From Rotaria socialis (taxonomy: Eukaryota), in assembly GCA_905331295.1 (NCBI GenBank), contig CAJNYD010000584.1, positions 1 to 64,000 of the forward strand: DNA of 64,000 nt. The letters run 5' to 3'. Position numbers and translations under genes: made by a program. A model generated the notes under the pieces. It saw nothing but the letters and a program-made list of their open reading frames with translations, did no database searches and was not told the origin of the DNA. Below, piece after piece: positions 35,423 through 49,915 of the stretch. Positions within the stretch are counted from its first letter, which is position 1. Each line of letters starts with the position of its first letter.

Positions 35423-37225
35423 CAACTTTTTTACTTGTTCAGTTTGACTGTAAATGTATTTACCACTTTTGCTTTGTTCACTTTTATATAAATATATAGA
35501 TATATACATGTATATTTAAAAATTTCTATGATTTCTATTTGATTAGGCTTTTATATCATAGAGCATTGTCAAGAATTCTCATATTTGTTTACTTTATTGT
35601 TATATCAATGTTCTTTAAATATCATAGAATGTAAATATGTCGTAAACATAAGATGATTAAAGACAGAACTATTTTTTATAATTAAAACAATTTATTCTCA
35701 ATGACCTAATAATTATTATTTCATAGGCCTAATGACGTCTTACTTTAAGCGTGAAACATCTAAATGTCTTTCAAAATATTTCTGACAAATCCAATTAGAT
35801 GTTTGAGCTTGGAATAGGATTTATTTCTAAATAACAAAATCCATGCGTGATAGGAAAAGAAAAAGTATATCCGTCTTTTCTTACTTAATAATTAAAACTG
35901 AGAGGACCAAAATACTTCTAGGATGAGACACAGACTCATCATCATAAGTAGTCATGGCATTGTCAACTTTAAGAATTCAATTCAATTTGTTCAATTTCAA
36001 AATGCATCACGAATAAGAAGTGACAGCTTTTAAATGATTTACAATTCTACACGCCAACCAAGAGGTATGAAGACAGCGTATGCTTTTTACTAACTACAAA
36101 AAAAAGTTTTTTGTTCTTAAGCAATCAACACTAAGTTTTAGTTTATCCTCTAAAAGAATTCTCTCAGGTATCGATTCATTAAATTGCAACACGGTAAGAA
36201 AAGAAACATTCATTTGGAAGCGCGCTTCATTCCATGAATAATTGATTAATGTTGGCGTAACTCAGATCCCAATAGAAAATCTTTGTTCTATTCAAGATCA
36301 AAAATCGTAGTTTAGTTATTCATAAATATATATTTCTATATCCTAGCTACGTAGTTTTTTCTAGGCATTGAATTACGTATTATAAACGAGAGTAAACGAG
36401 TTCCTCAATTAATAAAAACATAAACATAGTTTATTAGTAAAATAAACCATCGACGACAGCTTGTGCAGCCACTAATTATCTTAGTAAAATATCTCATTTT
36501 CTCGAAGAAAATAATCAATAATGAATTGTACGGCTTGTCTACTGCATGGAACATTTCCGAGTATTTTCTTCTTTTTTTTTCTTTTAATCAGCGATTTCTT
36601 TTCCCATTTGCAAACGTTTGGGAATCGATTTAGTTTCGAAAGAATGCCGCTTATAATTCAATTAAAAAAACCTAACTAAGAAGAAAAAAAGATAAAAGTA
36701 TTACAAATTAAATTTCTCGGTAGGAATCAATTCAATGGAAAATAAGATTAGACGAACTACACAGTGATAAAATAAAATGTATAATGTTATCAAAGTTACA
36801 ATATATTTAACATCTTCTTTTAAGAGACTAGTATAATCTTCTTATTTTACAGCAAACAATTAGCAAGTATGATTCAATTATGTTCAGAAGTACAATATAA
36901 ATGATAGCTAAGAAGTTTTTTTTCTTTTTGTAATGGGAAAGAAAAGTGCTTTTAATGCTCTTTATTATAGAGGCACGCAATTTCATTTAGCAGCATTCGT
37001 TTAACCATGGCCTAAGAACAGAAAGAAAGAAAGAAGAAGAAAAAATGGAAAATAAATCAAGGGACGACTATTTTTTCCTCGTATGTAATGCAATACGATG
37101 CCTCGGGAGAGAAAGAACAGGAAGCGCGTGCTACGATAAACATAATATTGTAATAGGAAAAAAACGTGTCGAATATGTTCTAACGAATAAAAACATACTC
37201 ATAGTTAAGAAATATTTTCATTAAA

Positions 37226-38480
37226 ATGATGTTATCACAACCTCTAAATTCTTACAAAGTTCTTGATTTATCACGAGTTCGTGCTGGACCAACAGCAGTT
37301 CGACAATTGAGTGATTGGGGCGCACAAGTGATTAAAATCGAAATACCAAAAGATAATTCGAATGATGAAGGTGAAACTGATAGAGCTGATTATCAAAATA
37401 TTCAACGTAATAAACGTTCCATAGCAATTAATCTTAAGAATAAAGATGGTTTACATATATTAAAACAACTTGTTAATACAGCTGATGTATTAATTGAAAG
37501 TTTTCGACCTGATGTTAAATATCGTCTAGGTATTGATTATGAAACATTACGTCAAATCAATCCTCGATTGATCTATGCTTCTATATCAGGTTTTGGTGAA
37601 ACAGGTCCCTATAAAAATCGACCAGGTTATGATCAAATTGTGCAAGGTGAGTACTTAATATTTGAAAATAGTTTCTATATTATGTCATAATAAATTAGGT
37701 ATGGGTGGTCTTATGTCTGTAACAGGTCTACCCGGTCAAGGGCCCGTTCGTGCTGGTATTCCAATAGCTGATTTATCGACTGGTTTATTACTTGCCAATG
37801 GAATATTAATTGCTCTATTGGAACGGCATTCATCTGGTCAAGGGCAATGGATTCAAACATCATTACTTGCTTCACAAATTTTTATGTTAGATCTACAAGC
37901 CGCTCGTTATCTTATCGATGATCAAGTACCATTGCAAGCTGGCAACCATCATCCGACAACGATACCGACAGGTACTTTTCGTACAATCGATGGACATATA
38001 ACAATAGCTGCGTCTGAACAAAAAGAATTTCAAAATCTATGCAAAGCATTAAATATTCAAGATGTAGCATTCAATCCTGATTATCTTACGCCCGAGAAAC
38101 GCTCCATGAATCGTGAACAGTTGAATGATCTGCTAGAAAAAATTTTATGTACGAAATCAACTGAATACTGGGTGAATGAATTGAATCAAGCAAGTATTGC
38201 ATGCGGACCAATCAACCGTATAAATGAAACATTTGCTGATCCGCAAGTCAAACATTTACAGTTAACAGCTCAACTAGAACATCCGAGACGCGGTTCAATT
38301 GAACTTTTAGGACAACCGATAACAATGAGTCGATCACAATGGTTAATTTATCGATTAGCACCAAAATGTGGAGAACACACAAGAGAAATTCTCGAAGAGC
38401 TCGAATATAAAACCAATGAAATTGATGATCTTATCAGCAGACATGTCGTCTTCATTTCCTCCTCGATATCTGCCAAATGA
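37226..38480 (+). CDS. CaiB/BaiF family III CoA-transferase, ~400 aa, one intron
   Basis: Exons 37226-37646 and 37699-38480 (52-nt GT-AG intron). Motifs VLDLSRVRAGP...LSDWGAQVIKIE, RNKRSIAINLK, ADVLIESFRP, SISGFG.TGPY..RPGYD (catalytic Asp) and AP..GEHT.EIL.EL.Y. Confidence 0.95.
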
Positions 38481-38942
38481 ATCTAATCGATCATAGTTTG
38501 TTTTGTTTTGTTTTTGACTATAAAAATCTCTATAAAACTTTTCATGTTGCTATCTCTTTCTTTCTCTCTCTCTCTCTCTCTCGCTCAACGCTCCATCGTG
38601 AATAAATAAATAGACGCTGATAATATTGTTACGAAGGATGATCCTGGCAGGCTTCTTCATGTCAACAACAATTGCGCCGCCAGCCACTATTGCCGTTCCT
38701 CTATTTTTTCTTATAGCTGACATAAATGCAAATCAGTCTTCCATACTCAACGATGGGCGATACATCGTAAATGATGATGATGATGATGATAACGAATTAG
38801 ATACTGTTGCTCAGTAACAAATGATGATGATTTAGCCTTCGTCGACGAAAAAAAATCACTTTATTCTTTTGACTATCGAGAATGAACGCGTATATAGATC
38901 AATGGCTGTTAATCAAGAACAGTTTTATGCGTACGTAACAAC

Positions 38943-41900
38943 ATGACTGAATCACCGGACACCATAACAAGTATGTTACAATTGTTCTCTTAGACATAGA
39001 CACCCTCCTCTTCTCGCTTGCTCACTTTTTTTCTCTTCTGTTTTAAATCACCGGATTCCATTCAGATGAGTGCGTGCCTACATGCGTATATGTGATCAAT
39101 ACCGCCATTCATTTATTGTACTGTGTGATAGCAACATGTGAATAAAAACTAACGAGATGTACTGGTCAAATATACGTGTACAATCGTTCTTTCATATTTC
39201 TTCTCTTATTTTCTTTACGTACCACATCAGACTACCAGTAAATGTAAAAAATTTTGAGTGTGTTTATGTATGTTGAAGAAGAAAATAAAGGAAATATTTT
39301 TCCTCATCTCATTTTCTCTCTTCTGTCTTTTTTTTTTTGTTTGAAAGAAGGAATAAAAGAGAATGAATAAGATAATGTTTCGTTTCTTATCGTTCTTTTA
39401 TTCAATCCCATCAATCCTAGTGTTCTCTATTGAGCACACGCTTTTGTACATGCACCTTATGTCTTATATCATCTTTTGAATGATTTAGATTATAGACAAA
39501 GTGACCGTAATAACAGCGATAATCCGATCGACTGGTTTGTGGTACTAAACCAAGAAGAAGAAGAAGAAGAAGACGACGACGAACATGCGGATGATAAATA
39601 TGGATTGTTTGATAGTGATGAAGATAATCTAACCCTATTTGGTACGTAGATAACAACGATTCAATTAGGGAAGGGAAAAAAACGAGTAATCTAATCGAAT
39701 ATCCATCATTTTATTTTATGCACGAATAAAGAGATGTGATTTGCCTTATTAAATACATATACATTAACTATTGCTCATATTCGTTTACATTTCTTCACTC
39801 TGTTTTTTGAGTTAATCTCTTTTCTAAACTCAACGTCATGTTTTACATTTTATGTATAGATCTGAAATTTATACCTAAATCTGATCATGATTTAAGTATA
39901 TTCGATGAATTAGCACATCAGTGTGATGCTGTTTTATTGGCCACAAATCTTGAACAGAAAACAGCAAAAACAACTCATAACGAATCTCACGTATCCAATT
40001 TAAAAGTAACAACAATGACGAATGAATATGAACGACGTTTTCAATGTTCACTTCAAAAATTAAATATACCTTCGTGGTATAATGAGATTGCTCAATCACC
40101 TAAAATAGCAAGTAAACCAATAATTATTACGTCGAGTCGTTTAAATCAAGAGTCTCATCGTACACCAGAAATAGTACATGTACATCGTCCACGTAGTTAT
40201 CGTTCATGTCGTTCATCATTCGGGACGTCGCCATCACCATCTGTACATTCCTGGCATCCAAATCATGTAACGGATGGATTGAACTTTTCTCCCCTGTTAC
40301 CTTCGTCTTCGTATACATCTTCGCGTCGACATATGAAATATGAAAAGGGCACTGAACGTGTTGCAAAATCAAGTCGCTGGTATCGACCAGCACGATTTAT
40401 TCCCGAAACGAAACACGATCCTATTGGTAATTTAGAGTTACATTATGACAATGATGAGAAACATAGTCAAAAGTTTTATTCTGAGAAAGTCATTGAGTCA
40501 TATACGATTTCTTATATAAACAGTCGATTAGCAACAGCAACAGCGAGTTTTTATTGGAAAAAAATTTCTTGTTTTTTTGTTTTTGCTATGTGATATATAC
40601 TTAATTGAGATTCTAATTAATTAGGAAGTAAGAGTTGGATGCCCTGTGTTTAAAATATTCAATTAAGATAGTGGCAAGAGAATACTACAATATTTTCTAT
40701 TCAGTAAAATAGGTAAAAACAAAACGATTTAGGTTGCATGCTGTTAAATTCCGCGATTAAAATTAAGTCTTACTCTATTAAATAGCGTTAGTCGTATGAA
40801 AAGATTTTTTCAAGGTTTCAGTTTTTTCTTCTTCTCCTCACATATGTGATTAATTTTGTAATTTATGTATTCATCAAAATGCTTACATTTCCTGGAATAT
40901 CTAGTTGTTATGCTTTATATTTTAACTACTTAATGGCCTTGCCATTGGCAGTTATATGTCACATTTTGTTTGTATTCTACTAATAAATTAGTAACCGAAG
41001 GTAGTATCCATCATCAGAAGCTGATCGTCACGTTGTTTTCTTATCGTGTCTTTTTCTTATTTGTTACTATTTCATATATAAAGATATGTTGATTGAGAGC
41101 AATAGTATGTGACTAGATGTTTAACAGTTGGAAAATAATGAAGCCTATGCTTGTTTGTAATTGATAACAGTATCTTGTAGTTATTGTCGTATGGTATCCA
41201 TAAAACCAGATGGTTTCATCGGTATGATAAGGCAATAAACAAGTACTTTCATGCATCCTATAGCATGAAGGCGCAATAAAAATCCCCAAAAAGACGCTAG
41301 ATATGGAGCCAATCTCGCTCCCACTCTCTCTCTCTCTCTCTTAAGGACTATTTGATTGATGAAGTAACTGATTTTCTTTTTGTTCTAGGTGACACTGCAC
41401 AAATATCACGAAGTCAACAAACAAAATCGAATCATAATCATTATGATGTTCCAAAAATTTTTCACGATGAGACACAGAATCCTTCCCATAGGATAAGACA
41501 AAATTTTATTCCTGATGAAAATATCATATCCGGATTGTCCAATCAACAGCAATCGAAATATTTGATTGATGACATCAATTTTAACGACTTCAAAAATGCA
41601 AGAGCCACAAAGGAAAATAGAAATAACGAGAGTAATAGTTTGATAGCGAATGATAAGGTTAGCACAAATTCCTATCCATGTGAATGTCAGTTTTTTTTCT
41701 TCTCTTTCTCTTTTTTTTTCGCTTCTTCGTACTCTACTTACTAAGACATATAAAAGAAAAACGATGAAAGGAGGAAAAAAAGTATTTTTTCTTGGCGTTG
41801 TTGTTGTTGTTTTGCCATTCATCTACTAGTACTATGTGTTATTGATTGCTTTATCTTTTAGCGATACGACAATTATACGCCATCGAATGATTTTGAAAAA

Positions 41901-42420
41901 ATGTCGTCTACAAAGTAAGAAAAAAAAAACAATTTTCGAAAGTATTTGACTAGCTAATATGTCAGATTAGGTTCGTTAATGAATAGTTGATCTTTTTGAA
42001 TGATGAGAAACAACAAATGCATTCTTATCGATTGATCTTTTCAGATAGACTGAAAGGAGTAATTAAGAATAAAAAAAAAAAGATGAGGGAAAGCTAATGA
42101 GTAATCTTATGTTTGGAATGGGATCGATCGAAACAATTGTTTTCTTTACTATTTGAACATTTATCATCGAGTGTCTTTCTTTTTGCTTCTAGTGAGATAA
42201 TACCGTTTGGTTACGTTGAATTAGAAGAAGTAACTGACGACGAAGATAATGACAAACGATCGTCAATTAATAGAATACAGAAAATATCAAGCAAAAAAAT
42301 GATTGATACCAACGATAATGAAACAAATAGGTTGTTGGAACGTATAGCTACTAATTTAGTAGAGTCAATATTGAACGATGCATTAAACCTTAAAAAACAT
42401 GACCGTGAAGATGTTGTTCT

Positions 42421-42452
<32 letters not shown>

Positions 42453-45400
42453 TAAATATGGGTGTCAGAGAACTATCTGATGATGAAACTGCTCTTCGTG
42501 AACTAGATGAAAATGATATGAGTGGTACAGATGAATTTATTTTATTTGCAACAAAACCAGAAACATCTGATCACGATGTTGATGATGATGATGATGATGA
42601 TCACGAAAATAACCCACAAACATCGTCAAGTATAACTAGAGGTAGTCTTAATCGATTATATACATTCTCAAGAACGAATGATGATACTCTAACTCATTCA
42701 TCAAAACACTCAAGTAATCAAGTATGTATAAAATAAATTAGCAAAGAAAATAAAATCGAAAGTATTCAAATTTGAATACATAATTCTCCTTATATTTACC
42801 TCTACCATGCTTATAGTTCTAGTATAATTACACACCTTAGACAAAAAAAAACGTTTAAGAAAAATCGAGCGTGCGGTAAGTAATTTTCGGGCATGTAATC
42901 AATTAGAAATCCTCAAGTTGCTTTTTGTCTTGTTTGACGTGTGCGCATATGAGCACCATGTGTATGTCGCTCAAGGATTTCTATTGATTTATCTGGCCTA
43001 TGTGTCAAACTAATACAATCAGCAAACTCTATCGAATAGAGGAGAAAACAAAAGTCTTCGTAGTATAATATAGAATATTTAACTGCCATTAAACCTTGTT
43101 CTTGATTTGTTAATATCATTTTGTTCATGTCGATTGTACACTCGTCGTCGACATACATTCTTTCACCTTGGTATGTCTTTGGCAATTAGTGCCATCAACG
43201 TTAACATAAACCTATCTTGCTTACGTACCTTTATATACAAACATGTACATTAATATATTAGTAATAAATGTTGTCTACCTAACCAGATCAATACTGAATA
43301 TAAATAGATGGAAAGAACATGAAAATAATAATAAGAAGAAAGAATGAAAGGGCAAATACACTGCTTTTTTTTTGTTGTCAAATAGAAAGTTCTCTATCAT
43401 ATTTATTCATTGATGTCCTCGAATAGATCATATTTCGTTATATTGTCATTTTCTCTATGTTCCCTAGTGAAAAGTCATTCACTTTATTCTTGTTTGCTTT
43501 TATTTTTATCTAGGATTCTTTAACATCAGACCTAATGATTGTTGACAAGGATATATCTAAAACTAATAATATTTTGAATACAGCTTTCAACGAGCCATTT
43601 AATAAAACGATCTATCTTGATAATAACAATTCGATGGATTCGTCGCCTGTATATCGTTCACATATACAAAAACGACAGATAAATTTAGGTCGATATTATG
43701 ATGGTATGATGCGTGCAACAAATAGTCATTTGCCAACCTATGATATTCGTTGTGATCTTCTTACAAATAAACCAGTATCATCGGAAGGTGTGAATGAAGA
43801 AACAGTACGACTAGGAAGAATTTTACTCGATAGTATACCGACTTCACTTGATAGTAAAATTCCATTGAATGAAAGTATTTCAAATGAGTAAGATTATTGC
43901 TAATCTATTTTCATCGAATATTAGTTTTTGTTCTGTATTGATTAGTACAATACCTATTCGACCCATATTAAAAAATACTCGATTTGAAATAGCAGATGAA
44001 ACGAAATGTGACGATTGCACAATAAAACCTGAAGTCAAAAGTCCAACGCCTACACGAAAAATTCTGACGACAACAGTAACAGAAGAATATCTTAGAATTC
44101 AAAGAAAAATTACCGAAGAAATCATTGACGGTATGTATTTATTCTTTTGAATGCTTTTGTTTTTTCATACACAAGAAAACATTTACAATATTTAATAGAA
44201 CCCATTAATGAAGGATGCGGTGTTTTTGACTATTCAAGTCATCACGAACAGTTTAATACTCAACAGTCATTAATATCATCTGTTTCAATAAATCATCAAT
44301 CACCATATGAATCATTAGCAGACTGTTATTCAGGATATTCTTTTACTCGCAGTGACTTTCTAACACCAGTGTCTGTCCCATTAAGATCGAAAGTTTCCTC
44401 GTTACAATCAACAACTGATGAAGCCTATGAATCCGAACCAACAACAATATCGCCGTGTTCACGAACAATTAGTTCATCACCAATAACTGCTACCACCACC
44501 ACCACCGCAACAACAACAACAACCACAACCACTCATGTTCATCCTCATCTTTTACATGAATTTGAATATCCATCTCCACCTCCACCTGTACCTGATCGAC
44601 ACCTTAAGCCACCTCATTTACGTCCCCCACCTCCTGTTAAACCGCGTTCTCATCAACGACAAAAAGGCTCTAATGAATATAGTTCACTAAGCAAAGCAAT
44701 GCCTTCACCATTGACAACTATTCAACATCTATTAGCAACATCATCATCATCAAATGACTCAAGATCGCCATCAGCAACACGATTATTAAGTAGTCGGCAT
44801 TATTGTGGTTCATTACCTGTATCTAATGAACCTATAACATCATCGAGACCTCCAACAATAACAAAAGCAGATGAAATTCCAAAACGATACAGTCGAACAT
44901 CAAACGATGAAAATAAGCAACAATCAAATTCATCATCATTGAACCGACACAAGCCCAGAAAGCCGTCATCTACATATTTTGAAGAAGCAACAAATGGCCT
45001 AGCTATTCGACTACCAGCACCAATTTCCAGAGGACAAGAGATAACAAATAAGCAAGATCTCAACAGGTTCGTTCCCTAGAGGAAAAAACTGTCTTGCATT
45101 ATATATTTTTATCTAGATATAGAATTCATCTATAGTCAATATATGGATATTTTTAATATTCTGTATTTAATCAAATGAGTCGAGGATCTTTTATTCCTAA
45201 TAAGAAACAATCGGTATTTTTGACGAACAGCATATGCCATACAAACATATTCATAAATGAAGCAATATAACTTCGCATACAGGACCACGCTATTGCAGTC
45301 GTGTATCGATATGACTGCATGCATAGAGAGAAAGAGCGATAGGATTGTTTATTCAAGCTAAAATAGTGATTAATTTCTTTCTGTCGTAGACAATTATTTA

Positions 45401-45697
45401 TTTCGACGGAGTCATGCCAAAGTCAAATAGGCATTTGCTATAGGGCTTCTATAGATTTCATTTTTTTGCTAATGAAAATTTTTGAATAACAATCACAACA
45501 TGATTTATATCTGTTTTATATTATTTTTGTCTAGATCATCAAGAGCATCATCCACTAAACGAATCGATGGCATAATGAAAAAACGACCGATATCTGAAAA
45601 TGTATGTATAAAGACTCGCAAAATGTTTTGATTATCTAACGAATTATTTTTATAGCTTCATGCGGATCGATCCTCACTTTATGAAACATCGGTTTAA
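38943..45697 (+). CDS. Large low-complexity/disordered protein (~993 aa, 10 exons) with Pro-rich motifs and C-terminal PDZ ligand
   Basis: Phase-compatible exons 38943-38970, 39860-40426, 41389-41657, 41862-41914, 42193-42721, 43514-43887, 43946-44130, 44199-45066, 45535-45601, 45656-45697; poly-Asp and poly-Thr runs; PPPPVPDRHLKP; ends YETSV*. Confidence 0.72.
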
Positions 45698-46663
45698 GAT
45701 ATCCTGTTTCCTTTGTACAGCTTGTGTAAACTTTGCAATGTTATTTTTTTTCGGCTTCAATACCACTATGTGGAAAATAAAAAAATATTGATCGTTATTC
45801 AGTGTTTCTTTTTTAGCAATCAATCCTATGTTGGCTTTTGGCTTTTGTTTTTCGTTTTTCGTTTTTTTTTCTTTTCAAGTTTAGATGATTGACTTTATGA
45901 TTAATATTTTTTCTGTCAAATATACATAGATGATTAAAAATGTGTGGTGTGTGTTTGTATGACTTCTTTCTCTTTTTTTTTCTTTAATAACATACACTGG
46001 TTTTTACACTGATGATTAGCAAACATGCCGAAGAATCAAGCATAACAGATATATGAGAAAACGTTTGACTGTTCTTCATACAGCTTAACATAATGTTCTA
46101 TTGATCTATCTATGAGAGAAGAAAGTAATTAAACCCAGAGATTGATCGAATGGAGCAAGAATATATGAAGATCATGACATCATTTTTTATAAGAGATAAA
46201 AACATCTGTTGATATATTAATCGATATTGAGCAACGTACCACAATCGATATATGAAGAGAGACGAAGAAATAAATGAACTACACTGTATTGGTAATGTTT
46301 ACGACTGACATCTATGAAGACTCAGTACACACATATATATATATATATATAGTATAAATTGAAAATGTGTAATGCTCATGAATGTTAAAATAAACTAATT
46401 ACATTCATTATTTTGTTAATAATAGACATGCTCATAGCAATCAACAGATTGTCTTGGTAATGTAATTGATGTGATACACATGATGGTTGATTGTTGTGAA
46501 ACAAACACTAACAACAAATTGTTTTGGTTTTGAAAAAATTTGTTGTTGCAAAGCATAATAATAAAACGTACATAGTGTAAAACTTCATTAAACAAAGACG
46601 AAACAAAATAAAAATACTACATCGAATTTCTTCCTTAAAGCAAGTTTTCTAACTACATAAAAT

Positions 46664-47569
46664 ATGTCTGTCTACGATAGTAAAGCTAATTATCATCCAG
46701 TATCAACTTTACCTGGTAGTTTACCTAATGGTAAGTTCATGATAATTTCCGTCATCTCATCAATTCATTTTTATCTTACACTTAGGATCTTATCTTTTAC
46801 CTGGTAATGGCTATTACAGGTACAAATATATATATATATAAAGAAGCTTTTTATAGTTCTAATCTTTTTTTGTATTTTGTTTTTGAATATCTAAATAGTG
46901 TCGAAGGGCATTTACCTCGGCTTCGTTATGATACGCAAAAATTTTTAGACGATCCAAAATATGCTTATTCACAAAGCTATCGTATTGATGCAATGCAATC
47001 ATTGCGTAATGCAAAAAAAGGTTCGATATATTTTTATCTTTTGTAGAAAAACTATATAGTTATTCTAAATAGGCACTAGTTTACCTCGATATTATTCATA
47101 TTATCCTCATTTCGAAGCAGCACGTGATCGACATATCTTTGTACCAAAACATTTTCCTAATGAAAATCCATCGTGTTATGATCATAAAGGTTTACAACAT
47201 TTCAAAGAAGTATGAATATTTTGATAGGTCAATATTTATGTCCTTGATATTTCGTTTTTTTTTAGCTAGCATCAAATTCAGATTCTTATGCGCTGCGTAG
47301 TGTTAATACTTTACCACCGGTGGATTATGTTAGTATACCGAAATCTGATCAAGCTGATGAAATTTATCGAACTTACCAACCAAAAATGCCCTAGTAAGTT
47401 TAGTGTCGAACGATTTAAAAGCAGATGAATAATTGACCGATTTTGATTTCTTAGTGACATGATGGTACTACGTGATGAACAAACATATAAAACGCCATAT
47501 TCAAAAGATTGTATGACACGCAGCCATTCGTATATTTCAAGTACGACTCTTGTACCACGCGGACCGTAA
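46664..47569 (+). CDS. Uncharacterised 200-aa Tyr/Pro-rich protein, 6 exons
   Basis: Exons 46664-46730, 46786-46819, 46899-47020, 47073-47209, 47266-47393, 47455-47569 splice (all GT-AG, 52-79 nt introns) into a 603-nt ORF MSVYDSKANYHPV...LVPRGP*; AATAAA at ~47665. Confidence 0.8.
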
Positions 47570-49578
47570 TCAATTATGATCTGATTGTATAAAACTCTCT
47601 TGATTAACCCGATGATATCTATTTTTTTTAAAGATTTTTCTTCTTTATATTTTTCATTTACTCAAATAAAATTCGACTCATCAAGTATATTAGTAACACA
47701 CAATATTCTTCATGAAACAAAGAGGATATAATATTGAATATTTGCTCACGAAAAGATGTAGCTTAGATTACTGCTTCGTTTAAATGGAATTCGTTATGCC
47801 TAATCTATCTTAAGAAATCTAGAATAACAGATATAAGACTAGAAATAAGTAGATGTTCAATGCATTTGATTGTATGTGGTTGTGAAGGCAAATCATTATT
47901 ATTTTTTTTTGAAGCATTTCATCGTAACATATAATAAAAAATAACATCGCTACTGTCTCTCATCAGCATGCATCACGATACTACCCTATATCACCACACA
48001 AATATCTGAAATTAAAAAACTTGTTATTAGCTGGGAAAAAAATTCGTAAATGAACTTACTTTAACGGATGCATTGATAGAGACCTTCACGCATCTTTTCT
48101 ATCTAGAATGATGAAGGTATACCAGTGTAAGTAAATAAGAAGGGAAAATTTATTTGTTGCCTGAAATATTTTTTCCTAAAAAATGATTTTTGTCGGTAAT
48201 TTGAATTTTTCCTATTCCTTCGTGTATGCTGATGATCTGCATGAGCCAAGCATCGTACTCCTGTAATAAAATAAGAAGAAAAGATATAAGCGGCCGAGAG
48301 AATTAGTTTACCCCTTGATCAATATTACAAGGCTCCATAATCGAAAAGTTAATGGGATGAGAATCAACCGCGACATCAGTAAAGCATTCGATGAGTGCCC
48401 GATATTTAGCTTCTATTCGATTCTAGAAGTAAAATGAAATTCATTTAAATTCTAACAAAATAACAAGGAACCTCGTGTTGTATTGCCATCGAATGGAAAT
48501 ATCCGATGCAACCGATTTTACCAAATAATGGACATTGCAATGCAATGATTTATCAACGCATCATAATGCATTGAAAACTTTATATTCGGCACTGGCTACA
48601 GAGGATCTATAGAACCCTACTAAATCGATGTCTTAATCACCATAATCGTATCTCTGTGGTTCTGTACATCTATTCCCTTAATCTAACCCTTTAACTTTGA
48701 TCATATCGATAAGAATCTAAAACAAAAGACATTGAATAAATAATCTTTTTATTACTGAATTCAAAACTTATCACTTAGCTACATCCGAAACTGAGCAATG
48801 ACGAAGGGTGAAAACTTCTTTTGAGAGGTTTGTGGACTCTGATCTCTTTCATTCTCCAGAATATTCTACATAAAAGCATTCAAAACTCTAGTAGCGTTTC
48901 GTTGTATCAAATAGAAACTCGAGATCGGATTTCAGTTCGTCAGTACACATTTTAGCGATTGAGTAAACTCGGAAACTCTTCGTCTTGCTGGGGAATTATT
49001 TTTGAAACTAAAAGGGTATTCTGATATACATAATCAAATTTTGAGTCAAGTTTTCAATAGTGTAGATTTCCATTATCGGGAAAAGGGATTCGAAAAATAC
49101 TCTTACTTATTGAAAAGTGCTTGATACACAGAAAGCTGTGGCGAATCAAAAATCTATTTGTCAAATCATTTTTTCAATATTTCTTGTACGAAAATAGTGA
49201 ATTTTTAAATTTAAAAAAATTGTCCTAAAGAATACATTGAAATGCATTGAAAAGTCAAAAAAAGGGTCATTTTTCCATTATTCATTCATTATCGGCTACA
49301 TGTGACGCGTAATCTTTTTTATTATAAGAATATGAAATGATCTTCCTTTGACCGTTCAGAAACAGGACATAAATACGGTCAAGCAGGCAAATGTATTTTA
49401 TTGAGATTGATCTTAAATGAATGTGGAACAAAACGTTTCCTTAATAATCACTATGCTCTTTCAAAGTATTTCTTTGATATATGTAATAAATATATATTGA
49501 AAATTGAGGACTAGTCTTTGGTATCTTAGAGAAAAAAATCATCCATTTTGCTTAGTAACCAACATTCAGAGACTAGTG

Positions 49579-49600
49579 ACATCTATTCTAGAATAGATGT
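49579..49600. promoter_or_regulatory. Perfect 22-bp palindrome upstream of RPL22
   Basis: ACATCTATTCTAGAATAGATGT is its own reverse complement and contains a TTCTAGAA (HSE-like) core; regulatory role is inferred from position only. Confidence 0.35.
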
Positions 49601-49915
49601 AAAGTTTCGAGTATCAAAGATGAAAAAATAAATATTTTACTTAAATTAAGGAAACAAAAATCTTTTAAAATAACACCTTTTTCAATTAAGGAACATATGG
49701 ATTTATAAAAAAACCAATAGAAAATATGGACTTCCATTAAGAAACAAACAAAACTGATTCAAAACGAAAAAGAATAGATATCTTCTCTTGTCAGTGCTGT
49801 TGCATAAATATGTATTTGATTTGAACACGTTGTTTTTTTAAGGCAAATCATTTGTGTTAATATTGTTTTAATTTTCTTCAGATCCGTTTTAATCTCTATT
49901 TCAATCGATTCCAAA

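Noticed and set aside
47990..48870. Minus-strand multi-exon-like structure between the orphan gene and RPL22
   Set aside because: Splice-like signals are present but every frame I tried has stops and no family is recognisable; may be a pseudogene or lncRNA.
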